NCBI GenBank assembly: GCA_964510925.1
Contig: CAZEDS010000003.1
Location: 19,281-83,280, forward strand
Direction: 5' to 3'
Source of the DNA: an uncultured Candidatus Saccharibacteria bacterium
GTDB taxonomy: Bacteria > Patescibacteriota > WWE3 > 2-01-FULL-39-13
Length of the DNA: 64,000 bases
Shown here: piece after piece, positions 47,008 through 57,362 of the stretch
Layout of the letters: each line of letters opens with the position of its first letter
Position numbering within the stretch: the stretch's first letter is position 1
Program-made: the position numbers and the translations under genes
The notes under the pieces: model-generated
Told to the model about the DNA's origin: nothing
The model's database searches: none
The model's input: the letters and a program-made list of their open reading frames with translations, nothing else

Positions 47008-47895
47008 ATGGATTTAAAAATAAATATAAAAAAAGAACCAAAGAACACGTACAAAATTGAAGTTTCAGTTCCAAAAGATGTTGTAAAAAAATACTTGGAC
47101 GAAGCTTTAGAGCACGAAGCAAGTCACCTTGAAGTTAAAGGCTTTAGAAAAGGAACTGTTCCAGCTGCAGTCGCAAAAGACTTTATTGATCATTCAGCAT
47201 TAAGAAGTCATGCGCTTAACCATATGTTGCCAGAAGTATTCACAAGAATTATCAAAGAAAACAAACTAAACCCAATCATTGGGCCAAGAGTTGAGCTTAA
47301 AAAGTTTGAAAATGATGAAGATCTAGAATTAGACATAACAATTGTCGAAAAACCTGAAATAAAAATAGGTGACTACAAAAAATTATTACAAGAGAAATTC
47401 GCAAAAAAATCCGTCAAAGATATCATCGAAGTTGCTGGAGATACAACTCCAAAAGCAGAAAAATCTAGCGAATTTACATCACAAGATGCAATTCAAGTAA
47501 TTTTGGAAGCATCAGAAGTCGAAATCGCAGACTTAATCGTACAAGAAGAAGTCGCACGAATGATGACAAGCTTAATTGATCAAACAGCTCAACTCGGAAT
47601 TTCAATCGAGCAATACGCTGAAGCACACAAAAAAAATGTACAACAAATCAGAGATGAATATACAAAAGCAGCTCAAGATTTAATCAAAGCCGATTTTGCA
47701 TTAACAGAAATTGCTAAATCCGAAAATGTTACTGTCGACGACGAAGAAATCGAAAAATTAATAAGCGAAGTACCAGATAAACAGTCAAAAGATGCATTGA
47801 ATAATCCAGAGCAAAAGATGTACATTAAAGCAGTTTTAATAAAAAACAAAGCTTTAGAACGTTTAGTAGAAATTGCTAAATCAAAAAATAATTAG
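47008..47895 (+). CDS. tig: trigger factor (short form, lacks PPIase domain)
   Basis: Ribosome-binding signature GFRKGTVP; upstream of clpP. Confidence 0.7.
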   Translation: MDLKINIKKEPKNTYKIEVSVPKDVVKKYLDEALEHEASHLEVKGFRKGTVPAAVAKDFIDHSALRSHALNHMLPEVFTRIIKENKLNPIIGPRVELKKFENDEDLELDITIVEKPEIKIGDYKKLLQEKFAKKSVKDIIEVAGDTTPKAEKSSEFTSQDAIQVILEASEVEIADLIVQEEVARMMTSLIDQTAQLGISIEQYAEAHKKNVQQIRDEYTKAAQDLIKADFALTEIAKSENVTVDDEEIEKLISEVPDKQSKDALNNPEQKMYIKAVLIKNKALERLVEIAKSKNN

Positions 47896-47915
47896 TTTAA
47901 AGGAAGGAAAACATT

Positions 47916-48506
47916 ATGCCATTAATTCCAATGGTAATAGAACCAGATCCAAAAGGTTACGAGCGCTCATATGATATTTATTCAAGATTATTAAAAGATA
48001 GAATAATCTTTTTAGGTAGTGCAATTGATTCAGATACCGCAAACACTGTCATTGCACAGCTTTTGTTCTTAGAAGCAGACGATCCTAAAAAAGATATTTC
48101 ACTATATATAAATTCTCCAGGCGGAAGCGTTTATAGTGGACTTGCGATCTACGACACAATGAAACATATCAAACCAGACGTATCAACAATCTGTATTGGT
48201 ATGGCAGCATCGATGGCATCATTGATACTTGCAGCAGGTGCAAACGGAAAAAGATACATTCTTCCAAATTCATTAGTCATGATCCACCAACCATTAATCA
48301 TGGGAGAAGGCTTATCAGGTCAAACTACAGACATTGAAATTCATGCAAAAGAAATGATCAGATTAAAAGATTTATCTATCGAACTCTTAGCAAAAGATAG
48401 CGGAACACCTTCAAAAAAGGTTGCTCAAGATATTGAGCGTGATTATCACATGACCGCACAAGAAGCCTTAAAGTACGGAATTGTAGATAAGATTTTAAAA
48501 AAGTAA
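47916..48506 (+). CDS. clpP: ATP-dependent Clp protease proteolytic subunit ClpP
   Basis: Catalytic Ser motif [11 protein letters not shown], His in [21 protein letters not shown]-terminus. Confidence 0.95.
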   Translation: MPLIPMVIEPDPKGYERSYDIYSRLLKDRIIFLGSAIDSDTANTVIAQLLFLEADDPKKDISLYINSPGGSVYSGLAIYDTMKHIKPDVSTICIGMAASMASLILAAGANGKRYILPNSLVMIHQPLIMGEGLSGQTTDIEIHAKEMIRLKDLSIELLAKDSGTPSKKVAQDIERDYHMTAQEALKYGIVDKILKK

Positions 48507-48585
48507 CTAGCATCGTTACACTACGTGACTACATATTGTTGACGTAGTAAAATTCATCCGTGAGCAAATTTGCTTACGGATTATC

Positions 48586-48662
48586 GGGAGGTTAGCTCAG
48601 CTGGCTAGAGCGTTACATTGACATTGTAAAGGTCATAGGTTCAAGTCCTATACCTCCCACCA
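48586..48662 (+). tRNA. tRNA-Val (anticodon GAC)
   Basis: Hand-folded: acceptor GGGAGGT/ACCTCCC, anticodon stem TTACA/TGTAA with loop TTGACAT, CCA encoded. Confidence 0.8.
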
Positions 48663-48664
48663 TT

Positions 48665-49417
48665 TTAAATAAATTTTTCATTTGGGTGATTAGCCATCCA
48701 TAAAACTTTTAACTCCGCATATTTTTGCACCAAGTCAATATAATCACTAGCATTTGCAGAGTTATTTGATATTGCGTGTTCGCCTTTTTTCAAAAAGTTC
48801 TCAATATTTGTATATAGTCTTTTATATCTAGGATTACTTAAAGGTTCTTTTCTCGATAAAAAAAGTTGCAAATGACTCGAATGATTATCCTGATTCTCTT
48901 TTCGTGCTGGACGAGCAGTTCTTTGATAATAAATATCACTTACAATCATTCGATTAGCAATACGAGGTATAAGCTTATCTGTCTCCAATGCCATTTTTTG
49001 AATAATTTTATTTTGAATAGATATAGATGAATCAAGTTTTGAAGTCCCATTAAGAGCAGCATCAAGTGTACTCATAAAAATTTTGAATTGATCTAAAAAC
49101 CCTGCATCCATTATCTGAGTAAATTCTTGAGTAAGTTCAACCCCTCGAAACGGATCTCGAGATGTGTGCATAGCAGGAATCGTAAATTTTTTTACTGATT
49201 CTAATACATTGTCGTGTAGTGATGATAAATCGATAGGATCATCAATTTGAAGGGTTGATTTATAATCCCTCGCCAGATATGCAAATAAATATGCTTGTAA
49301 AATATTATCTCCTTGCGAATGATGAAAAGATTTATATAAATCAGTAATAGCAAAGTCAGTTAAAATTGACAGACGATCATCTAAAACTGATTCATTTTCA
49401 ATAATTGTTGTAATCAT
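48665..49417 (-). CDS. hypothetical protein (250 aa)
   Basis: ORF only; no motif recognised. Confidence 0.35.
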   Translation of the reverse strand: MITTIIENESVLDDRLSILTDFAITDLYKSFHHSQGDNILQAYLFAYLARDYKSTLQIDDPIDLSSLHDNVLESVKKFTIPAMHTSRDPFRGVELTQEFTQIMDAGFLDQFKIFMSTLDAALNGTSKLDSSISIQNKIIQKMALETDKLIPRIANRMIVSDIYYQRTARPARKENQDNHSSHLQLFLSRKEPLSNPRYKRLYTNIENFLKKGEHAISNNSANASDYIDLVQKYAELKVLWMANHPNEKFI

Positions 49418-49498
49418 TTAGCTATATTTTATATTAAAAAGCTAGAAATGTTCTTGATTTAACTTTCTCAAACAACTATTCTGATAAAGGGCTAATTA

Positions 49499-51193
49499 AT
49501 GTCTGATAAAAAAGTTAAATCAAAAAAACCTGTTAAATTAATTTTTGTAAGCGGTGGGGTCATTTCTGGAATCGGAAAAGGAATTAGCACCGCATCTATT
49601 GCGCTTTTATTACAATCCGCTGGCTATCGTGTTTCAATCCTAAAATTTGATATGTACCTAAACGTTGATGCAGGTACGATGAATCCACTCGAACATGGTG
49701 AGGTATTTGTAACAGATGATGCGTTAGAAACCGATCAAGATTTAGGTAATTACGAAAGATTTCTTACCCAAAATTTTTATAGAGATAACTATCTCACAAT
49801 GGGACAAATTTATTGGGAAATCCTCAATAAAGAACGTGCCCTAGGTTACAAAGGAAAAACGGTTCAAGGTCATATTCATGTCCCAGAACATATTATTGAA
49901 AAAATATACGAAGCCGCCGCAAAAACAGAATCCGAAATATTCTTAGTCGAAGTCGGTGGAACAGTAGGCGAATATCAAAACATGTTGTTTTTTGAAGCTA
50001 TCAGACGCCTCAAGCAAAAAGATCCTGAAAATGTATTTTTAGCTCACTTGGTTTACTTGATAACACCTTCATCATTAGGTGAAATGAAAAGCAAACCAGC
50101 CCAAGCCTCAATTTACGATCTTTATAAACTTGGTTTACATCCAGATATTGTTATATGTCGAAGCTCGCAGCCAATGGATGAAAAAAGAAAAGAAACAATC
50201 GCATTTAATACAGGTATAAATCTTGACCAAATATTTTCAGCACCAGACGTAAAAAGCGTATACGAAATTCCATTACTTTTTAAAGAACAAAATCTAGACG
50301 ACAAATTACTAAAAAAATTGAACCTTAAACGGAAAGAAAACAAAATCGTTAACTGGGAAAACTTTGTAGATAGGGTACACAATTCAAATAAAAAAATTAA
50401 AATCGCAATCGTTGGCAAATATTTTACTTCAGGTAATTTTTCATTAGAAGATGCCTATGTTTGTGTCATCGAAGCCATAAAGCATGCTGCATGGGCACAA
50501 AACTGTCAACCTGAAATCAAATGGTTCAATGTTGAGGATTTTGAAGACGAACAAAAAAAGAAAATAATTTCGACAGAGCTAAAAAGTTTTGATGGAATAA
50601 TTATTCCACAAGGCTGGGGAAGCCGTGGAGTCGAAGGTAAAATAGAAGCCTTAAAATTTATTAGAGAAAATAAAATCCCATACTTGGGTCTATGCTTTGG
50701 AATGCAAATGGCCGTCATCGAATATGCTCGAAATATTTTAAATCTAAAAGGTGCAAACACAACAGAAGCCGATCCTGATACAAAATATCCGGTCATTCAC
50801 GTAATGCCTGAACAAGAAAAATACCTCAAAGAAAACAAATTCGGTGGAACAATCAGACTTGGTGCATGGCCATGCAAATTGAGTGCAAATTCTACTGCTT
50901 TAAATTTATATGAAGAATTTGCACCAGACACAATTAAAAACGGCATAATAAATGAGCGCCATCGACATAGGTACGAAGTAAACAACGAATACAAAGACCA
51001 ATTACAAAAAGCAGGACTAATAATTTCGGGTACATCACCAGATGGAAAACTTGCAGAAATCGTAGAATTGCCAAAAAATGTACATCCATTTTTTATTGGT
51101 ACACAGTTCCATCCAGAATATAAATCGTGGCCATTAAAACCACATCCATTATTTATGGGATTCATAAGAGCTTCGCTTAAAAACAAAAATTAG
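49499..51193 (+). CDS. pyrG: CTP synthase PyrG
   Basis: N-terminal synthetase domain VSGGVISGIGKGI, glutamine amidotransferase domain with GLCFGMQ and His/Glu triad. Confidence 0.95.
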   Translation: MSDKKVKSKKPVKLIFVSGGVISGIGKGISTASIALLLQSAGYRVSILKFDMYLNVDAGTMNPLEHGEVFVTDDALETDQDLGNYERFLTQNFYRDNYLTMGQIYWEILNKERALGYKGKTVQGHIHVPEHIIEKIYEAAAKTESEIFLVEVGGTVGEYQNMLFFEAIRRLKQKDPENVFLAHLVYLITPSSLGEMKSKPAQASIYDLYKLGLHPDIVICRSSQPMDEKRKETIAFNTGINLDQIFSAPDVKSVYEIPLLFKEQNLDDKLLKKLNLKRKENKIVNWENFVDRVHNSNKKIKIAIVGKYFTSGNFSLEDAYVCVIEAIKHAAWAQNCQPEIKWFNVEDFEDEQKKKIISTELKSFDGIIIPQGWGSRGVEGKIEALKFIRENKIPYLGLCFGMQMAVIEYARNILNLKGANTTEADPDTKYPVIHVMPEQEKYLKENKFGGTIRLGAWPCKLSANSTALNLYEEFAPDTIKNGIINERHRHRYEVNNEYKDQLQKAGLIISGTSPDGKLAEIVELPKNVHPFFIGTQFHPEYKSWPLKPHPLFMGFIRASLKNKN

Positions 51194-51231
51194 TCATTGC
51201 CCAAGATATCAAAACACTTTACGATATTGAT

Positions 51232-51435
51232 ATGAGCGAAAAACCTGCAAAAGCAAAATCAACCAAAAGCACAAAATCTAGTTCAACAGCAAAAGCTAAT
51301 ACAAAAAAAGAACTCAAAAGCTTTAAACCAGAACAAACGGTTTCAAAAGAACAAATGATTGGAATGGTAATATTTTTTATCGTTGTAACAATCGCATCTT
51401 CATACGCATTTTTAAATACATTCTCAATTTTTTAA
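51232..51435 (+). CDS. small Lys/Ser/Thr-rich protein with C-terminal TM helix (SecE-like topology, unassigned)
   Basis: 67 aa, single C-terminal TM. Confidence 0.3.
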   Translation: MSEKPAKAKSTKSTKSSSTAKANTKKELKSFKPEQTVSKEQMIGMVIFFIVVTIASSYAFLNTFSIF

Positions 51436-51458
51436 AAATAGGAAAATTTGGATTTCAT

Positions 51459-51535
51459 TGGTGGACAGCACAGGATTCGAACCTGTGACCTCTGCGATGT
51501 GAACACAGCGCTCTAACCAACTGAGCTAGCTATCC
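51459..51535 (-). tRNA. tRNA-Val (anticodon CAC)
   Basis: Hand-folded: acceptor GGATAGC/GCTGTCC, anticodon stem CTGTG/CGCAG with loop TTCACAT, T-arm ACAGG-TTCGAAT-CCTGT, CCA encoded. Confidence 0.8.
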
Positions 51536-51640
51536 GTGTAGCAAATAACCACCCCAAATTATACTAAATTTGTTAACAGAGTTCATAGACCATTACCGGA
51601 AATTTTTGAAAAAAATGGCTTTTAATGCTAAAGTTTCCGC

Positions 51641-52390
51641 ATGAATAAATCAAAGACCACAATAGTGCTTATGGCTGGAGGTGAAAGCTCTCGTTTTCAA
51701 TCAGTTCCTGGATCAGAAACCACGAACAAAAATTCTTTCAAACTACCAAACGGAGATACAATGATTGAAATGTGTATCAGAATGTATAAAAATGCAGGTT
51801 TTACCAACTTTGTTGCGCTTCTTTATCATAAATCAAACACTATTACTGATTTACTCAAAGATGGGTCAGAATTAGGCGTAAATATCGCTTATAGCTACGA
51901 TCCTGACATGCCAGTAGGCAAAGGTGGAGCAATACTTAATGCCATAAAAAATGGCTCAATTCCTAGCGATCATACAATAATTGTACATAATCCAGATGAC
52001 GTTATCTTAAATTTTGATGGATCATTTCCAGATTATATTGCTCAAGAGCACGACAAAGGAATCCAAAATGGAACAACCGCAACCGTTGTTGTAGTTAAAG
52101 AAACTCCATATGCGTATACGGGAATGACCCTCGATAATGGCTTTGTTAAAGACATTGAGATGTATCCAATGGTAAAAATTCCAACACATATTGGAGTTAC
52201 AATTTTAGATCCAAAATGCTTTGAATATTTTGAAAAGCTTTTTGACCTTACAAAAAAATCAGATTTTGAACAAGTGTTGTTTCCAATACTTGCAAGTGAA
52301 TCTAAGTTATTTAGCGCTAGTATTCCAAACGCAAATTGGTTAGCAGTTAATGATTTAAAAGCTTATAAAACGCTTTTAAAAAACTTATAA
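51641..52390 (+). CDS. sugar-phosphate nucleotidyltransferase (NTP-transferase domain protein)
   Basis: N-terminal VLMAGGESSRF motif. Confidence 0.65.
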   Translation: MNKSKTTIVLMAGGESSRFQSVPGSETTNKNSFKLPNGDTMIEMCIRMYKNAGFTNFVALLYHKSNTITDLLKDGSELGVNIAYSYDPDMPVGKGGAILNAIKNGSIPSDHTIIVHNPDDVILNFDGSFPDYIAQEHDKGIQNGTTATVVVVKETPYAYTGMTLDNGFVKDIEMYPMVKIPTHIGVTILDPKCFEYFEKLFDLTKKSDFEQVLFPILASESKLFSASIPNANWLAVNDLKAYKTLLKNL

Positions 52391-53266
52391 TTTTAACTCA
52401 ATTAATCGATCAAAGTCTTCATTAGAATTAACCAACGTTCCACTAACTTTTAAATAATAAGTGGTGGACAATGGTAACTCTTTGCTTTCAAACACAGAAG
52501 TGTAAACTGATTTATCAATCTTGATTGAATTAAGCTCCTTTAGCAAAAGACCTTTTGAATCTAAAATTTCCATTTTATTAATTTTAGCGTCACCTGAAGC
52601 AAACACACTTAAATTATGTTTACCATCATTTTGCATTAAAAGGTCTGCTGTTAAATTAAGAGTCGATTCTCCTGTAACTTTCAAAATTGCAGAACCTTTT
52701 GTTTCACCATAAATATGTATAAAGTATGATCCAGGAGTTAAATTTTTAATCGTTATCAATTTAGCTTGGTCTGTTCCTTCGATTTTTGTATCAAGCAATG
52801 ATAGATCTACATTTTTTTGATTATGATCAATAAGTTTAAGTGAGTAGGTCCCTTCAAAAGAATTTAAAAAGAAATTAATTGAATCAATTTTAGAATCAAT
52901 ATTTATGCCAAATTTAAAGTTTACAGGATTCTCTAAAACCGATAGGGATTTAATCATAAAAATATTACCTGCTTCAATTCCTGTTTTGCTAATAACATCA
53001 ATGGCAGTTCCAGTGTCTGCCGGATCGATATATTGAAAAGTACCACCTGTTTGATTTGCAAGATTTAACATTAAATCTAATCCTTGTTGTGGAGCTAACT
53101 CGTTTTGTGACTCAATATTTTGTTTAGGACTTGTTACTTTGAAAATATAATTTTTATTAGCATTAATATTCTTCGAGAAATTGAAAATAGATTTATAGCT
53201 TAAAACTAGCGAAATAATAATCCCAAATCCAAATGCAAAATATAGTGTTATTCGGTTAATTTTCAT
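52385..53266 (-). CDS. hypothetical membrane-anchored secreted protein (start at ATG 53266)
   Basis: N-terminal TM then beta-rich domain; upstream ORF-track extension lacks support. Confidence 0.4.
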   Translation of the reverse strand: MKINRITLYFAFGFGIIISLVLSYKSIFNFSKNINANKNYIFKVTSPKQNIESQNELAPQQGLDLMLNLANQTGGTFQYIDPADTGTAIDVISKTGIEAGNIFMIKSLSVLENPVNFKFGINIDSKIDSINFFLNSFEGTYSLKLIDHNQKNVDLSLLDTKIEGTDQAKLITIKNLTPGSYFIHIYGETKGSAILKVTGESTLNLTADLLMQNDGKHNLSVFASGDAKINKMEILDSKGLLLKELNSIKIDKSVYTSVFESKELPLSTTYYLKVSGTLVNSNEDFDRLIELKL

Positions 53267-53416
53267 GATAATAGTATAAACCGAATAATGTATAATATAT
53301 AAGTGATAAATAATATATGCTTTTCTATATTTGATACCATTTTGACTACTACCCCGCAGGGGGATATTTAATAATCTTTCAACCAACTTTAAAGTTTTTA
53401 GTGTTAATATTCGTTT

Positions 53417-55186
53417 ATGGAAAATAAAAATCAAAACAAAGACTATTTATACAAAATTCGCCATTCAGCTGAGCACATAATGAATCAAGCAATTGAAGAA
53501 TTGTGGCCAAATCAAATCAAACGTGCGATTGGACCTGCGATCGAAGATGGATTCTACAATGATTCAAGATGGGAAGGTGTAAAAATTACCGAAGAAGATT
53601 TCCCAAAAATAGAGGCTAAAATGCAAGAAATTGTCGATAAAAATTTACCTTTTACATACAAAGAAATTTCAGAACAAGAAGCCTTAAAGATGTTTGAAAA
53701 CAACCCATTCAAACAAGAATTAATAAAAGAATTTGCCGAAAAAGGTGAAAAACTAAGCATTTATATTACCGGAACAGAAGATACATCAGAATTTATCGAT
53801 CTTTGCAAAGGCCCTCACGTTGAACGAACCGGCGAAGTAAAAGCTTTTAAACTTTTATCAGTTGCTGGTGCATATTGGCGTGGAAGCGAAAAAAATGAAA
53901 TGCTTACAAGAATTTATGGAACTGCATTTCCATCCAAAAAAGAACTTGAAGAACATTTAACAATGCTAGAAGAAGCTAAAAAGCGTGATCATAAAAAATT
54001 AGGAAAAGAGCTTGAATTGTTTATGTTTCACGAAACAGCACCTGGAATTCCATACTGGCTACCAAAAGGTTTAACAATTTATAACGAGTTAGTTAATTTT
54101 TGGAGAATTGAACATAAAGAACGAGGCTATCAAGAGATTGCTAGTCCATTAATCAATAAAAAAGAGCTTTGGGAATGTTCAGGACATTGGGATCACTATA
54201 AAGAAGACATGTTTATTGCCGATATGGGTGAAAATGAGGTTTACGGAATAAAACCAATGAACTGCCCGAATGCCATGATCGTTTTTGGATCAAAAACCAG
54301 AAGTTACAAAGATTTACCATTAAGATTATCTGATACAGACATGCTTCATAGATATGAGCGTTCAGGAACTCTAAATGGATTATTGAGAGCGAGATCTTTT
54401 AGACAAGATGACTCACACAATTTTATAACTCACGATCAAATTAAGTCAGAATATTCAGCGATTTTTGAAATCGCAAACAAATTCTACGGAATTTTCGACC
54501 TAAAATTTAGATTCAGACTTGGAACAAGGCCAGAAAGCTTTATCGGTGATATTGAAACATGGAATAAAGCTGAATCACAATTAAAAGAAATCCTAGAAGA
54601 AAGTGGCCGAGAATATTTTATTGAAGAAGGCGATGGTGCTTTTTATGGCCCAAAAGTCGATATCTTAATGAAAGATTCTATCGGTAGAGATTGGCAGATG
54701 GGAACAATCCAGCTAGATTTTCAACTTCCAAGAAGATTTAACTTAAGCTATATAGATAGTGATGGTAAAGAACAAACACCAGTTGTTGTTCACCGTGTGA
54801 TATATGGATCATTAGAGAGATTTATGGGTATTTTAACTGAACATACTGCAGGAGCTTTTCCGTTATGGCTAGCACCAATTCAAGTAAAAATCATTCCAAT
54901 TTCAGATAAATTCAATGATTATGCAGCAAAGATAAGTCAAGAACTCGAAAAACAAAATATTAGGGTAGAAATAGACACAAAAGCAGAAACGATGGGTAAT
55001 AAAATCCGAAAAGCTCAAGAAGAGAAAATCCCTTATATGCTAGTAATTGGTGAAAAAGAGGTCAATGATAATAAAGTTTCAGTACGAACAAGAGATGGAA
55101 AACAAAGCAATCTGATTGAGCTCGAAGGCTTTACTCAAAAATTGAGAACCCTTATAATTGGAAAATCGTTAATTTGCGATATTTAG
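53417..55186 (+). CDS. thrS: threonyl-tRNA synthetase (lacks N-terminal TGS extension)
   Basis: Class II motifs, editing-domain remnant YKIRHSAEHIMNQA, anticodon-binding C-terminus; classical thrS-infC-rpmI-rplT-pheST synteny. Confidence 0.9.
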   Translation: MENKNQNKDYLYKIRHSAEHIMNQAIEELWPNQIKRAIGPAIEDGFYNDSRWEGVKITEEDFPKIEAKMQEIVDKNLPFTYKEISEQEALKMFENNPFKQELIKEFAEKGEKLSIYITGTEDTSEFIDLCKGPHVERTGEVKAFKLLSVAGAYWRGSEKNEMLTRIYGTAFPSKKELEEHLTMLEEAKKRDHKKLGKELELFMFHETAPGIPYWLPKGLTIYNELVNFWRIEHKERGYQEIASPLINKKELWECSGHWDHYKEDMFIADMGENEVYGIKPMNCPNAMIVFGSKTRSYKDLPLRLSDTDMLHRYERSGTLNGLLRARSFRQDDSHNFITHDQIKSEYSAIFEIANKFYGIFDLKFRFRLGTRPESFIGDIETWNKAESQLKEILEESGREYFIEEGDGAFYGPKVDILMKDSIGRDWQMGTIQLDFQLPRRFNLSYIDSDGKEQTPVVVHRVIYGSLERFMGILTEHTAGAFPLWLAPIQVKIIPISDKFNDYAAKISQELEKQNIRVEIDTKAETMGNKIRKAQEEKIPYMLVIGEKEVNDNKVSVRTRDGKQSNLIELEGFTQKLRTLIIGKSLICDI

Positions 55187-55255
55187 TTCTTGGGAATTTT
55201 GAGCAATTTTGCTTGATAATCCCTAAAAATTTAAGCTATAAAGAGAGATAATAAT

Positions 55256-55738
55256 ATAAATAGAGAAATCAGAGCGGTCCAAGTCAGGTTAATTGATGCT
55301 GAAGGAAACAACATAGGAGTTGTTCCAATCAGAGAAGCAATTCAAAAAGCTCAAGATGCAGGTTTGGACTTGGTTGAAATGTCAGCAGGCGGAGGTACTC
55401 CTGTATGTAGAATAATCGACTACAACAAGTACATATATGATCAAAAAGCAAAGCTAAAAAAGAACAAAGCCAAAAAGGCAGACCTAAAAGAATTCAAATT
55501 GGGTCCAAATATTAGTGAAGGCGATCTAAAAGTCAGAATTAATAGGGGAAAAGAGTTTCTAACTGCCGGAGATGTGGTAAAATACACTCTAGTGCTTAAG
55601 GGTCGTGAGGCTATGTTTCCAGAAGTTGGAAAACTTAAGCTTAAAATTATTGAATCCGAACTTGCAGATGTAGCAAAAATGGAAGGCGGACAAAAGTTTT
55701 TTGGAAATACAATAAGTGTTACATTTACGAAAAAATAG
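55256..55738 (+). CDS. infC: translation initiation factor IF-3 with non-AUG (AUA/AUU-type) initiation
   Basis: Frame open from 55235; translation INREIRAVQVRLIDAEGNNIGVVPIREAIQKAQDAGLDLVEMS is canonical IF-3 N-terminus, before the first ATG at 55364. Confidence 0.75.
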   Translation: MNREIRAVQVRLIDAEGNNIGVVPIREAIQKAQDAGLDLVEMSAGGGTPVCRIIDYNKYIYDQKAKLKKNKAKKADLKEFKLGPNISEGDLKVRINRGKEFLTAGDVVKYTLVLKGREAMFPEVGKLKLKIIESELADVAKMEGGQKFFGNTISVTFTKK

Positions 55739-55750
55739 TTGATATAATCT

Positions 55751-55948
55751 ATGCCAAAAGCAAAAACAAGAAAAATAGTATTAAAAAGATTTAAAATTAC
55801 AAAGTCCGGTAAAATAGTAAGAAAAGCGAGTAAAACATCACATCTTAACAGAAAAGATGATTCAAGCACTAGAAATCGTAAAAAGAGAGACTTAATAGTA
55901 ACTAACAAAAAAGTTGCTAAAAAGCTCAAAAAAATGATAGTTAATTAA
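55751..55948 (+). CDS. rpmI: 50S ribosomal protein L35
   Basis: MPKAKTRKIVLKRFKITKSGKI. Confidence 0.9.
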   Translation: MPKAKTRKIVLKRFKITKSGKIVRKASKTSHLNRKDDSSTRNRKKRDLIVTNKKVAKKLKKMIVN

Positions 55949-55962
55949 AAAAATTAAAATAT

Positions 55963-56322
55963 ATGCCAAGAGCAAAAACAGGCGTAGTAAGAAGACGCAG
56001 ACATAAAAAAATATTAGAACAGACAAAAGGCTTTTATCTGACACGTAGCAAACTTTTCAGAAGAGCTAATGAAGCTTTCTTAAAAGCTGGTGAATATGCT
56101 TTTTTTGGAAGACAACTCAAAAAAAGAGATATGAAAAAGCTTTGGATTATCAGATTAAATGCTGCAGTCAAAGCTCTTGGATTTTCTTATTCAAGATTCA
56201 TGCAAATGCTTAAAAAAGCTAATATCCAACTTGACCGTAAGGTTATGGCAGAAATGGCAATTACTCATCCAAATGCATTTAATGCTTTGATCGAGAAAAT
56301 TTCTATTAGTAAAAAAGCATAA
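55963..56322 (+). CDS. rplT: 50S ribosomal protein L20
   Basis: MPRAKTGVVRRRRHKKIL... Confidence 0.9.
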   Translation: MPRAKTGVVRRRRHKKILEQTKGFYLTRSKLFRRANEAFLKAGEYAFFGRQLKKRDMKKLWIIRLNAAVKALGFSYSRFMQMLKKANIQLDRKVMAEMAITHPNAFNALIEKISISKKA

Positions 56323-56363
56323 GCCTCTATAAATTTTACAGCGTAGATATTAGAATATAATAA

Positions 56364-57362
56364 ATGGAAACATTCGAGATCCTAGATTTAATAAAAGAGC
56401 TTCGTGATTCTTTTACACAAGATATGCAAAGTCCTAATTTTGATTGGGACATTGTGTATGTAAAATATCTAGGTAAAAAAGGTGTAATTAATCAAGAATT
56501 TCAAAAAGCAAAGAATCTAACAGATCATACTAAAATTGAATTCTTAAAAGAGATAAATAAATTCAAAGCAGAAATCGAATCAACTCTTGAAAAATCAAAG
56601 CCAACAAATTCACATCAATTTGAATTAAATCTTTCGACTCCAGTATTAATGTCAAAAACTGGTAATTTACATCCTTTAACATTGGTTAAACGGGATTTGT
56701 ATCAATTTTTTCACTATTATGGATTTTCAGTTTATGATGGTCCAGAAATTGAGAGTGATTATTACAATTTTGAAATTATGGGCGTAGGAAAAGATCATCC
56801 AGCAAGAGATCTACAAGATACACTTTATATTTTAGAACCTGAATTTTTACTTCGAACACAAACTTCAAGCATCGAAGGAAGAATATTAAAAGAAAAAGAA
56901 CCACCAATAAGATTTGTAGTCGGGGATAATGCATTTAGAAATGAGACAGATAGCAGATCAAATACATCATTTTTCCATCAATTTCAGGGTGTCTATTTAG
57001 ACAAAAATGTGAATATGGGAAATTTAAAATGGGTATTCACCAAAGCCCTAAAGCACATTCTAGGACAAGATACCGTTATAAGATTCAGACCAAAATATTA
57101 TCCAGAAGTTGAACCTGGAATGAGCCCAGATATTTTGTGCAAATTCTGTAAAGGTTCAGGCTGCGAAGTTTGTAAACGAAGAGGTTGGATTGAAATCGCT
57201 GGTGGTGGAATGATACATCCTACAACATTACAAAAGGCAGATATTGATCCAAATAAATATTCTGGATTCGCTTTTGGATGGGGTTTGGATCGAATTGTAA
57301 TGCAAAAATATGGAATTGATGATATTAGAGTTTTATATAATGGCAGTTTGATATATCTATGA
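56364..57362 (+). CDS. pheS: phenylalanyl-tRNA synthetase alpha subunit
   Basis: Class II catalytic core; FRNE, GWGLDRI motifs. Confidence 0.9.
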   Translation: METFEILDLIKELRDSFTQDMQSPNFDWDIVYVKYLGKKGVINQEFQKAKNLTDHTKIEFLKEINKFKAEIESTLEKSKPTNSHQFELNLSTPVLMSKTGNLHPLTLVKRDLYQFFHYYGFSVYDGPEIESDYYNFEIMGVGKDHPARDLQDTLYILEPEFLLRTQTSSIEGRILKEKEPPIRFVVGDNAFRNETDSRSNTSFFHQFQGVYLDKNVNMGNLKWVFTKALKHILGQDTVIRFRPKYYPEVEPGMSPDILCKFCKGSGCEVCKRRGWIEIAGGGMIHPTTLQKADIDPNKYSGFAFGWGLDRIVMQKYGIDDIRVLYNGSLIYL

